Shown: one piece after another, positions 51,991 to 64,000 of the stretch
Layout: every line of letters begins with the position of its first letter
How positions within the stretch are numbered: position 1 is the first letter of the stretch
Position numbers and translations under genes: made by a program
The notes under the pieces: model-generated
Told to the model about the DNA's origin: nothing
The model's input: the letters and a program-made list of their open reading frames with translations, nothing else
Database searches by the model: none
From: Eledone cirrhosa
Taxonomy: Eukaryota
Reading direction: 5' to 3'
DNA: 64,000 nucleotides
Assembly: GCA_964016885.1 (NCBI GenBank)
Contig: OZ024742.1
Location: 117,056,001 to 117,120,000 of the forward strand

Positions 51991-52282
51991 CATGGAAAAT
52001 GGTAAATCATTCAGTCCACTCTATAAAATGGTCTTGCAGGTGATTCAATGTGGGACTGCCCAGGCTAAACTGTCAGTTGGTTGTTTTGCTGCTAGGTTAG
52101 CAAGCACCCAGTCCTCGCTGTATATGTCATTGGCCTTTTGAAGGGCATCCCATCATAGAAACCAACCCAGAAATAGTTCTGTATCAGTAAAACATGGTCA
52201 ACTGATATGATTGTCTCACAATGGGAGAGCTCTTCTAGCCAATACATACATGGAAAATGGATGTTAAAAGGTGACGATGATG

Positions 52283-52329
<47 letters not shown>

Positions 52330-52780
52330 CACACACATGCATATATATATGTATGTATGTATATATACTGCACCCTGCACTCTTTGTGCTAAAAGCATGC
52401 AACATCTAACATTTAGCTCTCAGCTATCATTCCTTTATAGTGCAATTGTATTATCTCTGTGCACCTCCACCTTCTCATACATTAACCCCGTACTTTCCTA
52501 TACATGACTCTGTTTCATTAGAACTTTGCTGTCTGAGGCAATAGTAGAAGACACTTCCCTAGCTTCCACACAGTGGGATTGAGTTCAAAACCAGATGACA
52601 CACGTTAGTGCACACGTTAGTGGCACTGCCATGCATACACACACACATACTCACTCACACACATTAGTCATGGTAAAGAAATGCATTCAAATATATATGT
52701 GTGTGTGTACATAGATAAACAGATAGCATGGTTTGTTGTCTACTACTACAATGGAAGTTTATACAATTTTAATTAAATGT

Positions 52781-52895
52781 AATTAACTACCATACCATTA
52801 TTAAATATTCTTTTCTTTTTTCTTTCAGGTGAGTCAATACTTTGAGTTTATCACGACCATGATTAATTTACAGTTAATTAAAGATCACAGTAAGT
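52781..52895 (+). other. Candidate splice acceptor fused to a donor (CAG|GTGAGT), with a 61-nt exon-like segment ending at GTAAGT
   Basis: TTCTTTTCTTTTTTCTTTCAG|GTGAGT (AG at 52827-28), second donor CA|GTAAGT at 52890-52895, and branch-like ATTAAC at ~52782. Confidence 0.55.
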
Positions 52896-53049
52896 AGATA
52901 TCTTTGTTAATTAGTGAACAAAATTATTGAATGACAGTGACTCAATTGTCTGTCAAAATGTCTATTTTTTGTTTTTTGATTTTACTGGGGAAGCGTTGCA
53001 GTGACTCTGATCATTGCTGCCAAGACTGAGAGGAAGAGAAGGAAGTATC

Positions 53050-54620
53050 CCATTTATTGCTACAGAATGTACTTAATATCTCTATCCACAGTGCTGTTCC
53101 ATAACCAGTTCACCATTTTTTCTTGCCAGTTCTTTGCTCAAGCAACAGGTCTTCTTAGTAGCCTGCAGTAAATTGTAGTGTAGAAACTTCCAATTATATT
53201 CAATGTTATATATACCTATCTCCTCTTTGTTCTTTTTATATGCATCATGTAGAGCTTTTGTAACCCTATATTTAAAGAGAGGTTCTTTACTTTCTATACC
53301 CTTCTATAGATTATCATGTCTCTTTGATGCCTTCTGCTTGTTATTCTGATATTACTAATTACTAATTTCTTTTTGGTGAAGCATTATTTTCCAATGAAAG
53401 ACTAAGTATTCATAACCATCTACCTATCCCATTCTCTAATGGCCAAAGTCAATCTAGCTTGTGTGTTCACCTGATTGGTAGGTAATCAAAAGGCTGAATG
53501 ATTTCTTGAAGTTAGTCTTCTAAATGGCTAGGTCCTTTGCATCATATAATTCTAAGTGCCTTGATCTCTCTTCATTCATTGAGCCATACCTATAGTCATG
53601 CTCTGATTCATTGCAACCATCTTGGTGCTGCCAACATGCCCATTTAAGTTGCCAGCCTGGATGATGAAGTCACTGTCATGTTATTGAAGTCATCTCTAAT
53701 AAGTCCTGAGAGAAACAGTCCTTTTTGTTCTTTACTTAATCCTTATTTTGATGCATAAGTAGAGATAACTGAAACATGACTATTCTGAGTTTGACAATTC
53801 TGTCATTGAGTTCTCTCAAATACCTTATCTAACCACTTCTCAGCTAGCACAATGTCCACACTGCTTACCCCATCACCATTACCTACACAGAAGAGCATAT
53901 ATCTATACTGTTATCCTGTAAGAAGTCTGGCTGATTCTCCCCTGCATCTCATCTCTTGAACACAGCACACATATACATGTCACTATTCATACATCTTCCC
54001 AATTTCTGTTGATCTACGTTTCAATGTGCCAACATTGAGATATGTAGCCCTGAACTGTGTTACCTAAAATTCAGAGGGAACCAGTAGTGATTAGATCATC
54101 TTTTGATAACAGCTTTCTCTACCTAAAAGTGTACGTGAGTGTGCAATCATTTGATAATATTGAAAGGATTCTCTCACATGGCTAGGTTAGTCACCCCGCT
54201 ATCGTGCTCAGCACTATCATGGTTAGTATTAGCCATGTATACTCAATTAGAAGTTATTTTATGAGTTGCACTGTTCTTGGGTTTTTTTCTGACTTGATGC
54301 CCTTCATATCCCCAAGCACTTTATAGCGAGAACTGGGTGCATTTTATCAAGCTATTAACACTAGAGAGATTTCCTAACAAGTGTTACGGGTCTTCTCTAT
54401 CTTATGTCAGTTTTTATTCAGAATTATTGCTCTCTTGCATGTATTGCTGTCGCTATGACTTATGGACCATGTCTATACTGTTCAGTCCTATTTATTCAAA
54501 TTGATTGCCCTCCTAGATGTGTCTGCATACAATGAGATTCATGGAGCCCATGTCTACTGCCTACAGTTTCCCTTGTTTGGAGCTACTGATGTCTTAGATG
54601 GGCTGCCATCTGTGGCTTAT
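53050..54620 (-). pseudogene. Old RTE LINE 5' half (5' UTR plus APE endonuclease), decayed
   Basis: Minus strand reads YLNVGTLKRRSTEIGKM, VCCVQEMRCRGESARLLTG*QYRYMLFCVGNGDGVSSVDIVLAEKWLDKV, and a GNLNGHVG-like motif at ~53635-53655. Confidence 0.78.
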
Positions 54621-54908
54621 GGATCTCTTCTCTTCCCCCAACATACCTCTGGATGTATAAAGACACTAATTATACAAATTATAGATAGTTACTTTATTCT
54701 AAAGCTAGTTGCTTTATTCTAGCCACTAGTTGGTAATTTATAATGCCCTCGTGATAATGAATATATTAAGATTAGTAAATATCAGCTGTTGTGGCATATC
54801 TCATGGACAGCTGATGAATAACAGGACTTGGTGGGCAGACTCAGTATAGCTACCAAGCAGCAACATGTATTAAATTACATTATGAACTGTGTTTATTCTA
54901 GGGTTTAA

Positions 54909-55112
54909 CCCTTTAGCATTTACATTACTCTATATATATAGTATTATATTTTCAAGGTAAAGGCTTTATCTCATATAATATCAAATCTATTTTGATATTA
55001 TTTATTTTGAGAACAATACCTTAATATCGATATGAGGGGCAGGTTACAGCCAGTTTGAACAGAAAGAGGTAAGAGAATTCTGGCCAGATATGGCTAGTTT
55101 AAATGCTAAGGA
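54909..55112. mobile_element. Degenerate piggyBac-like MITE
   Basis: TTAA|CCCTTTAGCATTTA ... TAAATGCTAAGGATTA imperfect inverted ends. Confidence 0.45.
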
Positions 55113-55915
55113 TTAGGATAAACATATTTGATGATGATCATAATATGATGATGATGATAATGGATAGTCAAACAAATAGATTATAAATGACACATATCTG
55201 ACTGAGGTAACCATTGCCTTCAACCTACTTTTAAAAATGACACTTTCTCTTTAGTATAATATTATTACAAGAAAAATAGAAATATTTGGAAGTGTTAATT
55301 AAGGGATCTTAAAAAAGTATTGGTGAATTACTTTTCATTTTTATTGTTGTTGTTTTTTGTTCCAGGCGTAAAGAAAATGATTAGAAACTGTTATTGAAAT
55401 TGTAGAATAAATTTGATCTTTTTTTGTATTTCTGGCAGTAGGTGCTGGGGAGGGGGTAGCAAATAGAAAGTTTTTGCAGACATTTCTGAAAGAAAGTTAA
55501 ATTTTACCTAAATATATTTTTTTTACTTCTTAACAGCAAAGTTAATACTTCAGAAGAGAATTAACAACAACAAATGTTGCCACACTAATGTATTGCATTT
55601 GAATATGCTGAAATATTCAAAATCAAGCTATCAAAGGACTACATGAAAATCCACACAAAAAATAGCCCATCATGAAAAAAGTGGTGATGGGGGAGTCCAT
55701 AGAATATGTGAATGAATATTTCATTCTGAAAAAGGAGAAAGATCCTTAAATATATGGTGTTAAAATGTGTATTTTATATTTATATTTTTTTTTGCCACAA
55801 ATGTTTTTGTAATATACTGAATGATTTATTTCTAGCAATGTATTTTGAATCTGTTCTCTTGTAAGCATTGAATAATCTTGTTTCCATATATTAAAGGATT
55901 TATTTACTTTATATA

Positions 55916-55973
<58 letters not shown>

Positions 55974-58128
55974 GAGAAGGAGGTAGAGTGTATGTGCAAT
56001 ATATGTATTTATATGTAAACATATATGTATGTATATTCCATTACTCTTTTACTTGTTCCAGCTAATGTGCTGAGGCTATGCTGCAGCACCCTACACTGTA
56101 TCTACACTTCCTATAGCCCTTCTGTCTTGGTTATCCACCGATGAGTGAGCAAGTATGTCACTGTTGCCCTCATTTGTGCTTTTTGCCATGCTGCATAATT
56201 TCAGAGAACAGGATGTTGAGATGCTTTTCAAAAACATCTATCTCCGTCACATGTAGATCTCTTATTTTATTTTGGCAAGATTTTAAAGAGCTGGGACCTC
56301 TTCAATCCAAGCTATAGCATACCTAGTCCCTACTATAGATATAAAGGGGACATTTGTCACTATGCAATAGCATTTTCTTTGTACGGTAATGTATCTCTAA
56401 ATGCCACAAGTTGGTGCTAGCCCTTCCACTGGTGAGGTCCACAGCCCCACAACTAATCTTCATGATACCAATGTATCTGAGACTGATTCCAGTTCTATAA
56501 TACAAAATTCTACATTTTCAGATTTTCTATCATGAATTTATGTAAGAACTGCTTTTGTTAACTTATGTTCCAAACACCAAAATGAAAAGGTTAGTTTGCA
56601 AAATCCCTTCAGATTCTTAATCATTTTCAAAATTAAATAATACAAATAGGCTGTGTGTTTCATTAGGAATATGTACAGAAAATGGTTAAAGAAAGAAGGC
56701 CATGCTGGTTAATATAAAATGTAATATGCACTGTCTGAAAGAAAGGCAGGATAGACATCTAGAACTATATTACCCAAAGTATCGTTTCTTTTTTATAGCA
56801 ATTAATAGAATATTATAGTAATGAACTTAGCTGTTCTTTCTAGCTTTTTGAATGACCATGTAAAGACTCACTGCTGATTAGAGTTCCTCATTGTATAATA
56901 ACCCAATTAATTAAACAAGAATATTATATACAAAAACTTATATGGTCACTCACTCTGCTAGAATTAGTAGCCAAATATCCTTCCATTCACACCAAAGGTG
57001 CATGCATGGCTATGTAATTAAGGAGTTTGGTTTGATGTGATGGCCTTTTGAACAAGAGACCTTTATCCTCAAGTTAATTTGTGTCTTGTTAAGTGAAATC
57101 TGATACACAGAGACTGTACATGAGCCCATTGTTTATATGTTTATATGTGTGTGTTTTTCCATATGTTTGTTTATGTCCTTTAACATAGTACAGAAGTAGA
57201 GATCATTGAAATAAACACCAGATTTGAAAAGATAAGCACACTGGGGTTAGTATGATCAATTCAATCGTTTGAAGGGAGTGCACCAGCATGGCCACAGTCT
57301 AATGACAGAAACCAGTGAAATAGTAAAGAAAAGAAAAATGCGATAATGTAGTTCTAGATACACCATGCCTGAATAAAAATTGTGATAGGTACAGCTAGAA
57401 CACATATATTCATAGTTTTATTCAATAAGAGTTAATCTAGAGCACAACAATACAAATATAACAAGTTAGGTCTAGCTTTTCCTACAAAAATGAAAACTCC
57501 TATCTTTTCCATCCACATCATATCTACAACTTAAAGTTGGACTGTTTCCAAATAAACTGCCCCAGTGTTGCACATTTGTATATATAAGTTCGAAGGATCA
57601 AGTCAAGAGTTCAGAAAAAGACATAGATATTCAGTAGATCAAATATTTCTTCTGAGTTAAATGATTATTATCAATTTTTTTTTACATTTTTTTTGTGAGG
57701 GGTGTGGGGTGTGAGGGCAAAAAGTTCCTGATACTAGTGTAGTTATTTACTATACAAGCAGGAAACATATCGATATCTATATAAAATATGAGAACAGCTT
57801 ATATTTCTTTTACCAATATCTTAATATTCAATATCCTATCCGACAAGATATCATTCATATTGTGATAGAATCAGAAAAGGAAGAGCATGTCAAGGATGGT
57901 TATTTGTGAAAATTTCTTTTGTTGTGATATAAAGACAAATATATATTCATAGAGATTACTGTTTGAAGTGTACCATTTTTTGTTGGTCTATCTTCCAACT
58001 TGTATATATGTATCATTAATTTTTGTTTTCTCCAGCAAGCATACTCAAAAGCAATTATTCATGTTCCGTTGATGTATTTGAAGAACATTTTATCGCTATT
58101 TTTACACTTTCTATCATTCTCCTTCCAC

Positions 58129-58132
<4 letters not shown>

Positions 58133-58193
<61 letters not shown>
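58133..58193. repeat. (CT)n microsatellite
   Basis: Direct reading. Confidence 0.98.
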
Positions 58194-58197
<4 letters not shown>

Positions 58198-59302
58198 ACT
58201 ATCCCCACTACATGTCAGATGAACTGATTTCTCACTTCCTGATTTGTTCAATAATTTTCTTTTTATTCTATTTGGATAGGTATCCTATCTCACTTTGACT
58301 TCTCTGCCACTAGAATAATAAATTCTGACTTTTTGCTCTGCATATTTGATTTCCTTGCTGAAATTTATAGCCTTATATTCAGCCTGAGTTGGTCCGTAAG
58401 AAACTTTTCCAATTTCCGGGTTTGCAATTTCAACTACAGCTTTAGTAATTTTCTTCAGTTGTCATCGTCATTGTTGTTATTGCTGTTGTTGCTTAACCCC
58501 ACCAAGCAGATTTAAAATAAAAGACATTCCAATTGTGACCATCTCAATTTTTATACCCAAGCCTGCATTGTCCATTGCATCGTTGGTAAGGTAAGGTTTT
58601 AGGAAGATTTGGTGTATTTTGAAAGTTTGAGTGACTTCATACATAATTGGTTGTTTGAGACAGTTGACACGTTTTCCTTACAGTATCTTCATATTTATGC
58701 TGAAAACAAATAAACTTCAAAGTTTTGTGATACAACCAGCTTTTCATATATTTATGTGTGTGACCTCCTTACAGTACACCCTAACCCCTACTCAACTGCT
58801 CCTAAATCCTTACACCCATCCATCCTCTCACACAAATTTAGACACCCCACTAAACCCTGATACATGATTTATAGATAACTAGTAGCTGTTATCACTGCAG
58901 CTCTTCCCTCACTGCTAGATGACTACCCCATCCTATTCAACACCCTCCACCTTGTCAAATCCCCCTGCAAAATGGCAATATCCCAACCCTATCCATAGTG
59001 GAGAAAGAGCTCTTCAGTTAAGACAATGACGATGACCTCTCTAGTAATGGTGCCATGATAAATGCACTCATACAACCCTGCAATGTGGTTGGTGATAAGA
59101 AGGGTACCCTACTTGAAAAAGTATTGCAAAAGGGTCGAGAGGACTCCAGACTGACTGGTCTGCGTCATGTCCAGCCATGGTTAGCAAAGAATAGTGATGT
59201 TAAATGATATGATTATAATGATGATACCCCTCTCTCTCTCTTTCTTTCTCTCTCTATCTATCTATCTATACCGATTGTGTTGTTATTTCTGTTTACCTTT
59301 TA

Positions 59303-59333
<31 letters not shown>

Positions 59334-61277
59334 GTTTAACGTCCATGTTCCATGCTTGCATGGGTTTGGACGGGAGTTTTCCCACTTAAGGCAAGAGTGG
59401 TTGTCTTGCTCGCATAGGACTGTCTGGCGGGTTTTCTACAGTTGGATGCCCTTCCTAACACCAACCAAATTTACAGTGTGGGGCTGGGAGGTTTTTACCG
59501 TGTTGCCTACATGGCCACATTACAGCGTGGACTGTCTGGCGGGTTTTCTACAGCTGGATGCCCTTCCTAACACCAACCACATTTACAGTGTGGGGCTGGG
59601 AGGTTTTTACCGTGTTGCCTACACGGCCACATTACAGCGTGGACTGTGTGTTTTTTTTGTCGTGACACCTACACAATCTCATTTGTTTCGGCCTGGATGT
59701 TGTGGCACCAACATAACTTTACATTGAAAGGGGCGGTGTGGATGGGGTGGGGGTGGTGGGACGGGGGTGTATTTTGTTAGAGATGCCTACTGACTGTAGC
59801 AGGTTTTACTTTGTATTTAGGTAAGGCGGGTCTTCTCTATTACTGAGTACCGCCAAAGGTCTCGGTCCAGTGACATTGTCTTGGAGAGGTGTAAGTGTGT
59901 GAGGTCGGAATTTATCAGCTCGTCCCAGGTTTTTCTGGGTCTGCCTCCTCCGTGGCTACCATCTATCTTTATTGCCCTGCACTTTGCTATACAGCTGTCG
60001 TCTTTCATGCGCATCACGTGACCATACCAACGTAGCCTTCTCTCGAGTAAACAACATCTGATCCCTCTTATTTCTAATTTTTTCTTTAGTTCGTTTATGC
60101 TTTGCCGTTCACGTATATTACTATTACACATCCAGCGGAGCATGCAAGCTTCGTTCCTCTCTAGTCTGCATATATCCTCTGCACACAATGCCCAGGTCTC
60201 ACTGCCATGCAACATTGCTGTTCGTATGCAGGCATCATACAACCTGCCTTTCATTTTTAGGGAGAACCCTTTAGCGGCTAATAGTGGTATAAGCTCTCTG
60301 AACTTTTTCCATCCAGTTCTGACTCTAGCTACTGTACTTTCAGAGCACCCTCCCCCACTGCTGATTTTGTCCCCCAGGTAACGGAAGCTGTCCACTATTT
60401 CTATAGAACCCTCTGCGCAATTGAAAGAGCTAGTATTTTGTGGGCACTTGCTGCTACTTATTGCACCAGAGCACCGGCCACATGTAAAATCTGTGTTCTT
60501 AGTTAGCTTACCTGTGATCCCACTACATCTTTTATGCACCCATACTTTGCATTTGGGACATAAAATGGAGTTTCTACCTACGCCTTTCCTACACACTGAG
60601 CATGGCCATTTCCCGGAAGGGACCGGCGCCTTATTTTCTTTCCTACAAACTAGAACTTTAGTCTTAGCCAGGTTAATTTTAAGGCCTTTTGATTCTAGGC
60701 CGTGCTTCCATGTTTCAAATTTCTTCTCTAGCTCGGCCATTGATTCAGCTATGAGCGTTAGATCATCTGCGTATAGGAGTTCCCATGGGCAGCCGGTCTT
60801 GAACTCCTCTATTATAGCCTGAAAGGCAATAATAAATAGTAGGGGGCTAAGAACAGAGCCCTGATGGACACCAACTTTTACGCTAAACTCTTCACTATAT
60901 TCGTTGTTAATTCTAACCTTGCTCACTGTTTCTTTATACATGGCTTGTATAGCTCTCACAAGCCATTCATCAACACCTAGTTTTCTAAGAGCCCACCAGA
61001 TAATGGAACGGGGGACTCTGTCGAAGGCTTTCTCCTAGTCGACAAAGGCTAAGTATAGCGGTTTACTTTTAGCTAGGTACTTCTCCTGTAGTTGTCGTAC
61101 AATGAAAAGAGCATCTGTGGTACTTTTGCCTGACACAAACCCGAACTGCATTTCATCTAGATCGATTCTCTCTCTGATTAGTTGCACTATTACTTTTTCC
61201 GTGACCTTCATGACCTGGTCGATTAATTTAATGCCTCTATAGTTACTCCTATCTAGGGCGTCTCCTTTACCCTTTTA
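59303..61277 (-). mobile_element. Young 5'-truncated RTE-clade LINE (~2 kb)
   Basis: RT-coding region, ~480-nt 3' UTR and (GAT)n tail. The 5' truncation abuts (TA)n at 61278. Confidence 0.96.
59817..61274 (-). pseudogene. RTE reverse transcriptase ORF (truncated; in-frame stop at 61035-61037) with a PHD-like finger
   Basis: KGKGDALDRSNYRGIKL...MQFGFVSGKSTTDALF...LAFVD*EKAFDRVP...GVHQGSVLSPLLF...LLYADDL...FRYLG...RLRWYGHVMR...GRPRKTW. Confidence 0.93.
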
Positions 61278-61303
61278 CATATATATATACATATATATAC
61301 ATA

Positions 61304-61540
61304 CAGTGGCGGACTGGCTCTAAAAATACTGGTTGCCAGATGAAGGGGGTCCACCTACATATAGAATGCTATCATTTAATTTTTATAATGAATAAATAAC
61401 ATTTTTAAAAAATGCATAAGTGGAAACAAAAAAGTGCAATCAACCTTTTGTGGAAAAATATCTTATCTTCTCAAATAAAAAATATTATGTATTTTGTGAA
61501 ATCCTGACTTTCAATAATAACCTTTGGTCTTTCACACTCA
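61304..61540. mobile_element. Possible hAT-like DNA transposon end
   Basis: Starts CAGTGGCGGACTGG. Its CTGGTTGCCAG (61329) is mirrored by CTGGCAACCAG (~63154), which follows GGGCCC-rich subterminal repeats. Confidence 0.4.
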
Positions 61541-61658
61541 CTCAATATATATATATATGTGTGCATGTACATGTGTATATATAGATTTATATATATGTAT
61601 ACATAACATGTTTTCAACTTGTACAAAAAATCCCTAGGGCTCTAATTGACATATATAT

Positions 61659-62100
61659 ATGGGCATGGATTCATTGAAGCTCCGACGTCTGGCAATGGAC
61701 TTGGTGAATACCCACAAAGTTATTAACCATCTCGCCAATTGCAACCCTGAGCACCTTTTTGATCTCCATGTGTCTAACACACGTGGACATGCCTACAAAA
61801 TCAGAAAACAGCACAGCTCCCATGACTTTCGTAGACATTTTTTCACGCTCAGAGTTGCTGAAGCATGGAACAAACTGCCTGCATCAGTTGTTAGCTGCCG
61901 AGACACTGCATCCTTTAAGACACTCATGCTTCCCGAAATACGCCAAAACTACACCTGATGTACCCCTTCCATACACATGCACACATGTGTGTATCATGAC
62001 TCGTGCACTGTTCATTTTACTGATGTTTGTGCATTGCCCTATGTACTGTACATGCACTTTTTGATGAGTTGTGGTGCACCTGGGCACTGTACACAATATT

Positions 62101-62133
<33 letters not shown>
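61659..62133 (+). mobile_element. 5'-truncated CR1-group LINE 3' end with (ATT)n tail
   Basis: ORF 61659-61958, LKLRRLAMDL...NTRGHAYKI...RRHFFTLRVAEAWNKLPASVV...SFK, is a typical CR1/L2 ORF2 C-terminus. Confidence 0.9.
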
Positions 62134-62136
<3 letters not shown>

Positions 62137-62244
62137 CATGACTCATACACTGTTCATTTTCCTGACATTTATACATTATTCTATGTACTATACATGCACC
62201 TTTGATGAGTTGTAGTGCACCTGAGCACTGTACACAATAATTTC

Positions 62245-62270
<26 letters not shown>
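62134..62270 (+). mobile_element. Second, diverged copy of the CR1 3' terminal ~110 nt with its own (ATT)n tail
   Basis: TATCATGACTC..CACTGTTCATTTT...GCACTGTACACAATA repeats 61992-62105. Confidence 0.85.
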
Positions 62271-62277
<7 letters not shown>

Positions 62278-62564
62278 TATATGTGTGTGTGTGTGTATAT
62301 ATACATATATATGTATGTGTGTATATATATATATATATCATCATCATCATCACTCGTCGACTACTGTCAAGATGATGGATCTCATTCTCCTGCCCCAGAA
62401 TCCCCTGTCCCCCATCGCTGCCCCCAGGTCCTGACTGCTGATTCCCGTATCCCTAGAGATAACGTCAGGGAATGACAGCTTCCTACTCCTAGTCAGGCTG
62501 GAGTCAGGGTTCCAGAGCAAGAGATTTGAGAGATGTCTTTAACCCATTGATACCAAACATTATT

Positions 62565-62785
62565 TGGGCAGTGGATTGGCAGTATCGGTAGAGGGACAGA
62601 CGCCATGCTTTGCAGCATAAAGTTACGGCCCTTTATGATCTGAGTTCAAATCCCGCCGAGGTTGACTTTGCCTTTCATCCTTATGGGGTCGATAAAATAA
62701 AGTACCAGTCATGCACTAAGGTTGATTTAATCGAATTTCACCTCCCCCAAAATTACTGGCCTTGTGCCTATATATGAAACCCTTA
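62565..62785 (+). mobile_element. SINE family A, full length
   Basis: GGGCAGTGGATTGGCAGTATCGGTAGAG...GAGTTCAAATCCCGCCGAGGTTGACTTTGCCTTTCATCCTTATGGGGTCGATAAAATAAAGTACCAG. Confidence 0.88.
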
Positions 62786-64000
62786 TTTGGTCAGTAGTTC
62801 GTGTGTATGTGAAAGTATATATATATATGTTTGTGTGTGTGTCTATATATGTATGTTTGCATGCATGGATGAATACACTAAGCTTTAGATTTAGTAGAAT
62901 GTACAACCACTGATTCCAGCTATTGCACTATCATATATTTTGGTTTCTATTAATTTGCTGCGGAATTGGTTGACCAAATGCTTTGCTTAATTGTTTTATT
63001 TATTTTTTAAAAGATTTTATTCTTTCTCTTAGACTTCAGGTATTTTTGAAAGCAAAGCATTGGCCTCTAAAACAATACAGTGGGCCCTGCAATGCTACTG
63101 TGGGCCCTCCAATACTACCATGGGCCCCTGGGGCCTACCTGCCATTGAGCAACCTGGCAACCAGAAAATTAAACCGAAATTATACTAATTGAAATGCATT
63201 GGTAAGACAAACACATGAAACTATGGATTAATAATTTGTAAAACTTAATCTACTTCAGCTATAATTCATTTAAAATAAATATTTTCAGCATAATAGTTTA
63301 TAACTATAATTCTAGATAAGACTAATGAATCTTCATCAGTTTTGATGATAAATGTTCCCATTGTTGGGTCAACAAAATGATCTACTTATTTAATTAACAT
63401 GTAAATGTTTGAGTATTCTACAGACACATGGACACATAATGTAATTTTTAGGAAAATTCAACATGGCACAACATGTCACAAGGCTGACCTTTTGAATTAC
63501 AGGTGCATTCCATCCAACAAATTTCCAAACAGTTTCCATCTATCCAACACCTGCTCAAAATGCCTTCACTATCATAATATATTTAGTTTAACAGCTAAGT
63601 CAGTGTCATTTCTAAGATTTCCAGCTCACTTGTGCACATTATACTGATTCACTATTACTATGTCAATAATTAATGTGCCATTGCGACTTACATTGTGTGA
63701 AATTATGTGAGGCTTATGTGCTATTTGGTGGTCTGCCTGTATGATAAAATTCCATAGTATTCATACTTTATATTTCTTAGACAGGTAAAGGATGAGATAA
63801 ATATCAAAAAGATTTCTCTTGGGGCAGTTAAAATTTGGGGGCAAGGTGTGTATAAATCAGCATAGGACTAGTTGAGGATATCCTGGTATAATGTGAAGTA
63901 TTGCATCAACATTGTATCATTATATTGTGAGAGTTGTTAGATATTCCTTTCAATATATTTACTAACAGTGACCTGTTCCTGTATCATGGATGTTTTGTGG

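Noticed and set aside
59817-60959. Active or domesticated reverse transcriptase gene
   Set aside because: 5'-truncated with no endonuclease domain, an in-frame stop at 61035-61037, and an intact retroelement UTR and tail. It is a dead-on-arrival LINE copy.

Overview
AT-rich eukaryotic non-coding DNA, most likely intronic or intergenic sequence from an octopus-like coleoid cephalopod. The taxon is inferred from the dense (TA)n/(CA)n/(CAT)n microsatellites, tRNA-derived SINE families and RTE LINEs with (GAT)n tails. I see no intact host protein-coding gene, rRNA, true tRNA or CRISPR/cas. Nearly all predicted ORFs are microsatellite or antisense artefacts. The real coding signal comes from transposon relics: several RTE-clade LINE fragments (best preserved at 59.3-61.3 kb), a Tx1/L1-type 3' end with a TSD, a CR1-type 3' end, a decayed HERO-like element, a CR1/L2-group RT fragment, a mariner transposase relic, pogo- and hAT-type MITEs and Helitron-like ends. 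The most notable observations are: (1) a PHD-type C4HC3 finger inside the RTE reverse transcriptase region; (2) a candidate recursive splice site/RS-exon at 52.8 kb; (3) a CORE-like SINE whose tail matches the RTE 3' UTR, found as subfamily-matched inverted pairs; (4) minimal hammerhead-like motifs and long hairpins beside (TA)n tracts; (5) a 48-bp minisatellite grown from the LINE/SINE tail. Family assignments come from recognising motifs by eye, not from database searches, and many boundaries are approximate.
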